From NCBI GenBank assembly GCA_049454155.1, contig JBMUAP010000001.1, positions 1 through 30,981 of the forward strand: DNA of 30,981 bases, given 5' to 3'. Positions 8,643 to 16,093 of the stretch are shown here, one piece after another. Positions within the stretch are counted from its first letter, which is position 1. The number at the start of each line of letters is the position of its first letter. Made by a program: the position numbers and the translations under genes. Below the pieces are notes generated by a model. It was not told the origin of the DNA. It made no database searches and was given only the letters and a program-made list of their open reading frames with translations. The DNA comes from Blastocatellia bacterium (GTDB lineage Bacteria > Acidobacteriota > Blastocatellia > RBC074).

Positions 8643-9728
8643 CTATGACCGGCTGCCGATCGACCGCGGCGGGATGGCCGCGTATCCCCGCTTTGCCCGA
8701 ATCCGCAGATTTTTATGGTTGGGGAGCCGTATCTCGATCTCACGGAACTTTCCGTCAAACTTCTCGTTGCTCGGCGAGTAGGAGAGGATGTACTGGCTGC
8801 GCAGTTCGATGGCGATGCGGGTGAAGCTCCGCTCCAGCTCGATCACTTCTGCGGTGAAGAACGCTCGTCCGCCTGTATCCTCGGCCAGCCGCTTGAGGTT
8901 TTTGTCTTCCCGACGGGCCACGGTTCCCCCCTGCACCCCAAAGAATCCCCCCGCCTTGGTACTGATCACAAAGATCACCGTCTCGGACCGTTGGGCAAGA
9001 TCGATGGCGTCATCGAGCTGCTTGTCGCTGATCGTATCGTCCCCATCGCTGATGATGACCATGGCCCGCCGTCTGCCCGAAGAGGAAAACATCTTCTCCT
9101 CGCAAACCTGGTAGATCGCGTCGTAGAGGCGCGTCTCACCGGCCGCCTTGACCCGATCGATGGCGCGGGTCAGCAGGTCGAGACGGTTGGTGAAGTCCTG
9201 ATGCAGCTCGATCTCCGAGTCGAAGGTCGCAAAAAGAGCGCGATCCCGGCGCGACGTCAACATCGTCTGCAGGAAAGAGACCGCCGCGTCCTTCTCGAAC
9301 TTCAGCTTGGGCTTGACGCTGTTTGACGTATCCATGAGGACGGCGACATCCAACGGCAGCTCTGTTTGAGGGAGGAACGACTCGATTCGCTGTGGTTCGT
9401 TGTCCTCCAGAATCAAGAAGTCTTCCTGCTTGAGGTCGACGATGAAGCGCCCAGTCCGGTTATCGCTGACGGTAATCGGAAGGCGGACGTTGACCGTGAC
9501 CGTCGAGATCTGGCTTGGTGCCAGCTCTTCCGCAGGCTTTTCCGGCTTTGGTTTCTGCTCCTGGGCCTGACCATGTGTTGTGTCCCATCCCCCAGGGCTC
9601 TCGCTGGCCTTCTCTCCGGCCGCCCAGAGGGCGCCGGTACCTCCTCCGGTGAGAATCCCAAGGACCAGTCCCACCAAGACCAGCCTTCTGCCGTGTCGAT
9701 TCCGTGGTCTCGTCTGACTTCCGCTCAT
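8643..9728 (-). CDS. VWA domain protein (VWFA-related acidobacterial type), exported paralog
   Basis: DTSNS, GETRLYDAI and IISDGDD; LRSQYILSYSP...FREIEIR...RAKRGY. The ORF track starts at 10247; ATG 9728 is preferred (GAGAGG SD, then a signal-like segment). Confidence 0.85.
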   Translation of the reverse strand: MSGSQTRPRNRHGRRLVLVGLVLGILTGGGTGALWAAGEKASESPGGWDTTHGQAQEQKPKPEKPAEELAPSQISTVTVNVRLPITVSDNRTGRFIVDLKQEDFLILEDNEPQRIESFLPQTELPLDVAVLMDTSNSVKPKLKFEKDAAVSFLQTMLTSRRDRALFATFDSEIELHQDFTNRLDLLTRAIDRVKAAGETRLYDAIYQVCEEKMFSSSGRRRAMVIISDGDDTISDKQLDDAIDLAQRSETVIFVISTKAGGFFGVQGGTVARREDKNLKRLAEDTGGRAFFTAEVIELERSFTRIAIELRSQYILSYSPSNEKFDGKFREIEIRLPNHKNLRIRAKRGYAAIPPRSIGSRS

Positions 9729-9999
9729 GCTCGTTGCCGTCCTCTCTCCATTCTTCTCCCTGGTACGTACTCGCCCGTTCTGTTCAACGGAGGTCCAAGC
9801 CCATGGGCGAACTGGACGTGCAGTTCCTTCGTCGATCGGCGAATCGTCCAAGGGATTATAGTGTGTCAAGCGAAGCATCGCCAAACAGGCCCTGCCCCAA
9901 CCCCACTCCGACCCTTGGCGGACGGTGAGGGGGGACCTGATCGGGCCTCGCCTGGAGGCCTCTCTGGTTCCAGACGTTGCGGACTTCTGGTGCCGGCCA

Positions 10000-10506
10000 T
10001 TATGGCGCCGGGGCGGGAGCCTCCGTCGAAGCGGGCCCTCCACTTCCCTGAAAAGATCCAATCGGCGCCCCTTCCCCTCGCGGCAGCGCATTGGGAGTCT
10101 TCGACTCGACGAAACGAATGGTTCCGTCCTCGATGACATTGAAGTCCTTGTAGGCGGTATTGACGCTGGAACGGGTCGCTTGGACACAGTACTGATCTGG
10201 TGTCGCTTCCGTCGTGGTGTAGATATAGCCGCTGACGGGATTTCCACTGGAGTAGTTCGAGTCGATCAGCGACGCCTCGTTGAGCTCTTTGAGGGTGGCG
10301 AATCGGCCCTTCATCGTATTGTGAAGAGATTGCGTTTGGTGGATGGTCCGGAGGGAATTGATGGTCGCGGTCTCTCGGCCGATCTTCAAGTTCTCAAGCA
10401 GCTTGGGAACTGCGACCGCGGCGAGAATGCCGATGATCGCGACGACAATCAATAGCTCAGTCAAGGAGAAACCGTTCTCCTGTTGGTGGCGGTGTTTCTG
10501 TTTCAT
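10000..10506 (-). CDS. Type IV pilin-like protein with class III signal peptide
   Basis: QENG|FSLTELLIVVAIIGILAAVAVP (G-1, F+1, E+5); SD AAGGAG before ATG 10506; Pro/Ala-rich tail. Confidence 0.9.
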   Translation of the reverse strand: MKQKHRHQQENGFSLTELLIVVAIIGILAAVAVPKLLENLKIGRETATINSLRTIHQTQSLHNTMKGRFATLKELNEASLIDSNYSSGNPVSGYIYTTTEATPDQYCVQATRSSVNTAYKDFNVIEDGTIRFVESKTPNALPRGEGAPIGSFQGSGGPASTEAPAPAP

Positions 10507-10827
10507 AGGTCTGATCAACTCCTTTTTCATCGAATCACTTGGGTCAAGCATCCTCAAGATAGATCCCAAAGAGAGATCCCGAAAATCAGGTTCGAAAAGA
10601 GGTCCGGAAATGAGCCAGAGGGCCTCGGTACACTGGTCACCCGGGGTTTCCTCATGCCTCTCGCGCGCCCCGCGCGCCCCGCGCATCGGATGTTGGAACC
10701 CCGTGCACTCAGAAGGAGGGGGAAGGCCTCGGAGAAGGAGAACGGGACGATCGATCGAATCACGCTCCTTCACCGGCTTCATACTACACCAAGGTGCCAG
10801 TTGCGGGAAGCATCCCCGATTGGTCCC

Positions 10828-11523
10828 CTATTGACGTCCGAGTCGTGCATAGTTCCAGAGGCCAGCTGCCCAGAAGCAGAGGGAGAGGGTTCCCCAGCCA
10901 ATGGTCCAGACGGAGGCTGGCAGCAGGGTCATCGTCTCCAGCAGCTTGGCGTCACTGTGAAGGTTGGTGGTCTGTGAGATCCAGAGAAGGGTGCGCAGGT
11001 CAATAAAGGCATTGAGGCAGCACTGGACGGCCAGGAGGTTGAGCAGAAAATGGGCCCAACGTTCACTGACCCCGATGGCCAACCAGATCAGACCGGCCGA
11101 GAGCCCAATCCCCAAGATCCAACCGAACAGATTGCTGGTCAGAAAGAACGTCACCGCGAGGATGAGGCCGGCATTCCAGGTCAAGACTTGGCGTGTCCGA
11201 TGTCCATTCCGGCTGAGGGCGAGAAGGCCGGCGCCGTAGGCAGCGCTGGTCAGGTACCCGGCACTGGCGATCAGAAATGGCAGACCGCCGCGCGTCAAGG
11301 TCTCCCCGCTCCCGTCGGGATGGATGATCATCTCTTCGACCGTTCCTTGCGTCACAATCGCGGCAATGGCGTGCCCTGCTTCGTGAATGAATGTCACGAA
11401 CATGCGGCAGGGATAAAGGGCGATCCATCCGTACGGGACATACCAGATGGCAATCGATACGACGGAAGCGACCACCAGAAAGGCGGGGGAGGTGAGATCC
11501 TGTCTGCTCGCTTCGGGTTCCAT
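10828..11523 (-). CDS. M50 family (M50B-like) membrane metallopeptidase
   Basis: TFIHEAGHA (HExxH) in a polytopic membrane protein, IASAGYL and SDA motifs; ATG 11523 preferred over 11712. Confidence 0.85.
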   Translation of the reverse strand: MEPEASRQDLTSPAFLVVASVVSIAIWYVPYGWIALYPCRMFVTFIHEAGHAIAAIVTQGTVEEMIIHPDGSGETLTRGGLPFLIASAGYLTSAAYGAGLLALSRNGHRTRQVLTWNAGLILAVTFFLTSNLFGWILGIGLSAGLIWLAIGVSERWAHFLLNLLAVQCCLNAFIDLRTLLWISQTTNLHSDAKLLETMTLLPASVWTIGWGTLSLCFWAAGLWNYARLGRQ

Positions 11524-11912
11524 CTCGCCTAGGATACTCTGCCCTCCTTTAACGGGAAAGCCCTCTCTTCGATTCCGCTGGCGATTTTTGTACAAAACAG
11601 GGACTGAAATGTGGACAGAGTTGAGGTAGGATAGAGACGTTCGATTCAGCCGACCCCCATCGTGACGCTTTCGCCAGCGAGCTTTCAAAGAGCGAGAGGG
11701 AGATCTCCGCACCTTGATAATCCGATCAGATTATACGAGACGACAGAAAGGCTCGTCTGCCCCAGGGCTGGTTGTTGGCCAAGGCTGTGAGAAGCGCAGG
11801 AAGTGAGATGTCCTGGCAAGACAACAAGGCCCAGGTCGTGTAGTCGTTCAATTGGCGGGAGACAGATCCAAACACCCTGGTCACAGCCAAGACAGGGATG
11901 GAAGGAGTGCTT

Positions 11913-14231
11913 ATGAATGGGGGAAAAAGGAGAGGGAAGGGAACGATGTCACCGACACGGAAGAGAGTCTGTCTTCCGTGGCCGCGAGATGCTCGAAAGA
12001 GAATGGAATCCAGGAGGGAGGCTCTCTCCTTCTTCTCTGCGAGGCGAGGGGGCGGGCGGTATTGGCGACCGTTGAGCCCTTCTGCCCTCCTCTGGATGGC
12101 ACTCTTCGCCGGCGCGTCCTTCTTGATGTTCGCGCTCACGGGCCATTCGAGCTTGGCCAGCGCTATCGTGCCATCCCAGCCGCAAATTGCTCCAGAAGAG
12201 CCACTCCCAGTGGCCCGCATCTCTTTTCTCTCGGGCGAAGTGAGCCACCAGCGACGTCTGGATTCGACGAAGGACTGGGACAATGCTGCCATCAACCTGC
12301 CCATCGAGGAGAGCGATCAACTTTTGACGGGGGATCAGGCTCGCCTGGAGATCGACTGGGGAGGGCGCAGCTTCCTGCGATTGGCCGCCAAGAGCCACCT
12401 CCAGATCGACAAGTGGCGATCTGGAGAACTTGGCCTCGCACTCCCGGTGGGGACCCTCTCCTTCACGCTGGTGGCCACTCCGCGAGATCTCGTGCAACCC
12501 TTGCCAAAGCACCCCGGTTCGCCGACTGAGCCGGATGGTGGACTTCCCTGGAGGGTCGAGATCAGCACGCCAGCGGCGGCGATCACTCTCCTTGAACAGG
12601 GCGATTACCGGGTGACGGTCCGGGAGGATCGAGGCGTCGAGGTGGTCGTTCGACAGGGCCGCGCTGAGGCCTACCGCCAGGAGTTGGGCACCATTGCCAT
12701 TGCCGAAGGGCGCCGCCTCATGCTCGGTGGGAGTTCGCCTCTCTCACTCCAGCTGGGAGATGCGCCAGATCTCGATGATTGGGATCGCTGGCATCAACAG
12801 CGCACTGCGCAGATTCTGGCGCAAGGGCAGGCTCCCTCCAGCCTTCGCTATCTGGATGAGGACCTCGGGGCTCACCAGCGGCAAGATGAGACGGCAGATT
12901 CCCGGACGCTTGCGGCTACCTCGGCTTTTGCCTTGGCCGGTCTTGATGACCTCGACCGGTATGGGACTTGGCAAAGTGTCCCAGATCACGGTTGGATCTG
13001 GACCCCGCGCTTCGTTGGTGCTGGCTGGGCTCCCTACCGTCTGGGGGATTGGCGATGGTATGGCGCGAGGGGCTGGACCTGGGTCTCTTATGAGCCGTGG
13101 GGTTGGCTTCCCTACCACTACGGGCGCTGGTCCTGGTATCAGAACCGCTGGTTCTGGTTTCCCCGTGGCGACTTTGGGTTCGGCTGGCGAGGGGGGGGGG
13201 GGGGGCAATGGTCGCCGCACCATGTCGCCTTCTTTGGATGGGGTGACCGCTATGCACGGGGCTATCGGGATGGGTTCTGGGATGGCTACAGCCGGGGCTA
13301 TCGCGATGGGCGTGGTTGGATCGGATGGTGCCCGCTGGCTCCTGGAGAGTCCCTCTCCCCTTCCTCCTCTCCTCCTCCGCGTTCGATTGCGCAGTTGCGC
13401 AACGCGGCTCTGCCCGGAGGGATCGGTGGACTGGAGAGTCGCCGCTTCACCCAGGGGCGTGTCGTCCAGATCACCGGTGCTCTCCAGGTTCCATCCGGAG
13501 GCCAAGCTGGCAGTCGGGGAAGGGATCTCTTCTCCCCGATCCTCAATGCGCGGGAGATCGGACCGGATCCGCGGCGCGCTCCCTCTCGAACCGCTCTCGT
13601 GGAGCGGGGAGAGGTGGCTCGACGCTTAGCCAACCCGGACCCGATCCTGATCCGACGAGGAGATTCACTGACCCGTCCCGCGTCACCGCTCTCCCGGCCT
13701 GGGCTCGATTCCCGCCCCCCTGCCCGAGAGGCGACCCGGATCGAAGGAGGCGTGATCGTTCGCCCCTCGGTTCCGACACGGTCCTCTTCCCCGGCTCGAA
13801 CAGATCGCCAGATCGAACGGATCGACCGGTTGGAGCGGACTCCGCGTTCTCTCGAGTCAAGTCCCCGCTGGTCAGGTCGGCCGGAGAGTCGCCCGATTCC
13901 GTCGCGTCCTTCCCGAACGTATGAACCGCTTCCCCGAACGGCTTCACCCGTGGAGAGACGCCCATCGACTCGGCCTGACTGGAGCCGGCCATCCGCGCCG
14001 GCAAGTCGGCCCCCATCCCCGAGCCGGTCGGCGCCGTCCCCAAGCCGGTCGGCCCCGTCCCCGAGCCGGTCGGCGCCATCCCCGAGCCGGCCGGCGGAGC
14101 GTCCTGCTCCCCGGGTCATCGAGCGGTCCGCTCCGCTCGATCGTTCCAGGCCTGCGCCACAACGATCAGCCCCTGCCGCCCCTGCGCGACCTGAGCGGCC
14201 CTCCAGGCCCTCTCCCGTGTCGCGTCCTTGA
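11913..14231 (+). CDS. Exported FecR-like plus DUF6600-like protein with long Pro/Arg/Ser-rich tail
   Basis: Signal/TM segment; VARISFLSGEV...WDNAAINLPI...LLTGDQARLEI (FecR-like); Trp/Tyr/Gly-rich YGTW...GWIWTP...GWAPYRLGDW...SYEPWGWLPYHYGRW; SD AAGGAG before ATG 11913. Confidence 0.75.
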   Translation: MNGGKRRGKGTMSPTRKRVCLPWPRDARKRMESRREALSFFSARRGGGRYWRPLSPSALLWMALFAGASFLMFALTGHSSLASAIVPSQPQIAPEEPLPVARISFLSGEVSHQRRLDSTKDWDNAAINLPIEESDQLLTGDQARLEIDWGGRSFLRLAAKSHLQIDKWRSGELGLALPVGTLSFTLVATPRDLVQPLPKHPGSPTEPDGGLPWRVEISTPAAAITLLEQGDYRVTVREDRGVEVVVRQGRAEAYRQELGTIAIAEGRRLMLGGSSPLSLQLGDAPDLDDWDRWHQQRTAQILAQGQAPSSLRYLDEDLGAHQRQDETADSRTLAATSAFALAGLDDLDRYGTWQSVPDHGWIWTPRFVGAGWAPYRLGDWRWYGARGWTWVSYEPWGWLPYHYGRWSWYQNRWFWFPRGDFGFGWRGGGGGQWSPHHVAFFGWGDRYARGYRDGFWDGYSRGYRDGRGWIGWCPLAPGESLSPSSSPPPRSIAQLRNAALPGGIGGLESRRFTQGRVVQITGALQVPSGGQAGSRGRDLFSPILNAREIGPDPRRAPSRTALVERGEVARRLANPDPILIRRGDSLTRPASPLSRPGLDSRPPAREATRIEGGVIVRPSVPTRSSSPARTDRQIERIDRLERTPRSLESSPRWSGRPESRPIPSRPSRTYEPLPRTASPVERRPSTRPDWSRPSAPASRPPSPSRSAPSPSRSAPSPSRSAPSPSRPAERPAPRVIERSAPLDRSRPAPQRSAPAAPARPERPSRPSPVSRP
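13191..13205 (+). repeat. G15 homopolymer inside the CDS (five GGG Gly codons)
   Basis: CGA-(GGG)x5-CAA read directly; the other G/C runs I noticed are 8 nt or shorter. Confidence 0.9.
14017..14092 (+). repeat. 21-nt coding tandem repeat, about 3.6 copies (PSRSAPS)
   Basis: CCCCGAGCCGGTCGGCGCCGT-like units start at 14017, 14038, 14059 and 14080. Confidence 0.9.
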
Positions 14232-14323
14232 GCTTGTTTCAGATGATCGCTCCACTCCCGAGAGGATCCCCGGGGAGCGCGATCGTTACCACGTCAATGG
14301 TGGACCGTTCACCAGGTGAACCG

Positions 14324-15004
14324 ATGCGTGACCAGATCATTCAAAGAATCGACTACCTTGTCGACGCCTGCGCTGGAAGGACGATCCTCCACCTTGGCTG
14401 CGCCGATATGCCTTACACCCAGCAGCGACTCGCGGATGGAACCTTGCTCTATTCCCTGATCGATCGGGTGGCGGCACGTCAAGATGGGATCGATCTTTCA
14501 AGTGAGGGAATCGAGATCTTACGGCAGGCTGGATATCCCAACGTGGCCGTTGCCGATATCCAGCAACTCTTGGAGCAGCACCCTTTCCCCGAGAGACATT
14601 TCGAGATCATCCTTGCTGGCGAGATCATTGAACATCTCTCCAATCCCGGTCTTTTCCTGGAGAGCTTGAAGCCGCTGCTCCGCGATTCACCAGCGCGATT
14701 GATTCTGACGACTGTCAACGCCTATTGCGCCTATCGATTCTTCTATTCGCTGGTCATGCGCGACGAGAGCGTTCACCCGGATCACGTCAGTTACTATTCC
14801 AAGAAGACCCTGACCACTCTTCTGACGCGCCACGGGTACGACGTGCAGCAGGTCTGCTTCTACCCGATTGGTCGCGAGCACAAGCGATACATCAATCAGG
14901 GACGGGCACGTCTTCTCTACTGGGTCGACTGGTTGGCAGGTCGCCTCTCTCCCCAATTCGGGGATGGCCTGATCGTCTCCTGTGTCTTGAGGTCATTGCC
15001 GTGA
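14324..15004 (+). CDS. Class I SAM-dependent methyltransferase
   Basis: ILHLGCAD (motif I), DGIDLS, VAVADIQ and FEIILAGEIIEHLSNPGLFL; ATG 14324 with AGGTG SD. Confidence 0.85.
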   Translation: MRDQIIQRIDYLVDACAGRTILHLGCADMPYTQQRLADGTLLYSLIDRVAARQDGIDLSSEGIEILRQAGYPNVAVADIQQLLEQHPFPERHFEIILAGEIIEHLSNPGLFLESLKPLLRDSPARLILTTVNAYCAYRFFYSLVMRDESVHPDHVSYYSKKTLTTLLTRHGYDVQQVCFYPIGREHKRYINQGRARLLYWVDWLAGRLSPQFGDGLIVSCVLRSLP

Positions 15005-15101
15005 GTTGGTTCCCCTTGCTCGTCACTTGTCCAAGCCCGCTTTCACCGCGCCGCCGACTCCTGTCTGCTTTCGGTTGGCCGGTGGCTGGTCTTTTGCCGC
15101 C

Positions 15102-15131
15102 TTGACAAGATCTGAACTGGGCGGCTAGGAT
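15102..15131 (+). promoter_or_regulatory. sigma70-type promoter
   Basis: TTGACA (15102-15107) - 18 nt - TAGGAT (15126-15131), about 75 nt before the next gene. Confidence 0.6.
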
Positions 15132-15204
15132 CAATAGTTCTGTTTTCCCGGCGACCCTCTCGCCGGATCATCTTTGGGGTTCATCTTTGGTAAGGAGCAG
15201 AGCC

Positions 15205-15987
15205 GTGGCAAAAGGGCGTATGTCCCCGCAAGAACTCAAGCGGGATCCGTTGATGGAACAGTATCTTTCTACCACCAGCTGGTTGAAGGGCCGATCGCAG
15301 TCAATTCTCAAATTGGCAACGGTGGTGGGGATTGTCCTGGTTATAGGGGCGATTGCTTGGCTGGTCATCTCCCGCCGGGCCAACAATGCGGCGGAGGCGA
15401 TGGCGGAAGCCTTCCGTCACCACAATGCCGTTGTCGCCAATCCGATTCCTCCCAACGTCAAAGGCTACGCCTACACGACCCAGGACGAGAAAGACCGGAA
15501 GGCGTTTGAGGCTTTTGAGAAGGCTGCCAACGACTATCCCTCCTACAATGAGGAGGTCGCCCGCTTCTATGCCGTGACCCATCAGCTCAATTTTGATCCT
15601 GACAAAGCCTTGGCGACCCTCCAGTCGCTGGCTCAGAAAGAGGGCGAGGCGGGTGCCCAGGCACGCCTTACCCTGGCCAATCGTTATGCGGCCCTTGCTC
15701 GGTATGAGGACGCATTGGCCGAGTACAAGAAGTTGAAGGAGAAACCCTACAGCGTTCCTGTCCAAGTGATCGACGTGGCAGTTGCGGAGATTCGAGAGTC
15801 CCAAGGGCAGCCCCAGCAAGCGATCGATCTCTATTTCAGCGTCGCCAACGATAGCGAATGGCGAAGCACGGTGGTGGGGATCCGCGCCGCCAATCGCCTC
15901 TCGATCTTGGCACCGGAGAAGTATGAACAGTTGCCAGAACAGAAATCGGCTAATCCGCTCTCTGCCTTTTCGGGTCCGATGATGTAA
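15205..15987 (+). CDS. YfgM-like single-pass membrane protein with TPR-like helical domain
   Basis: Short basic N-terminus (MAKGRMSPQELKRDP), one TM helix, Ala-rich helical repeats (ARLTLANRYAALARYEDALAEYKKL); SD AAGGAG before GTG 15205. Confidence 0.7.
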   Translation: MAKGRMSPQELKRDPLMEQYLSTTSWLKGRSQSILKLATVVGIVLVIGAIAWLVISRRANNAAEAMAEAFRHHNAVVANPIPPNVKGYAYTTQDEKDRKAFEAFEKAANDYPSYNEEVARFYAVTHQLNFDPDKALATLQSLAQKEGEAGAQARLTLANRYAALARYEDALAEYKKLKEKPYSVPVQVIDVAVAEIRESQGQPQQAIDLYFSVANDSEWRSTVVGIRAANRLSILAPEKYEQLPEQKSANPLSAFSGPMM

Positions 15988-16019
15988 TCGTGTCCGCTTT
16001 CCTCAATAGGCATTAGACC

Positions 16020-16061
16020 AAAAAGGGAGGAGATGGCATCCCACCATCCCCTCCCTTTTTT
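16020..16061. terminator. Bidirectional intrinsic terminator between convergent genes
   Basis: AAAAGGGAGG-A-GATGG / CCATC-C-CCTCCCTTTT stem with an A-run before and a T-run after. Confidence 0.85.
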
Positions 16062-16093
16062 ATCGATTCTCGATCAGGTGACGATGCGGTTCG

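Noticed and set aside
10000-10506. Possible electrically conductive (e-pilin) pilin
   Set aside because: Mature positions 24, 27 and 32 are L, N and R rather than aromatic, and the protein is long.
10785-10799. sigma54-like promoter upstream of the pilin gene (TGGCAC-N5-TGTA, minus strand)
   Set aside because: The -24 element is present but the essential -12 GC is missing.
11905-11913. CIRCE-like GAGTGCTTA
   Set aside because: Only one half-site; it is better explained as the SD and spacer of ATG 11913.
14017-14092. Possible CRISPR-like repeat array
   Set aside because: The units are contiguous with no spacers, are in frame within a protein tail, and no cas genes are present.
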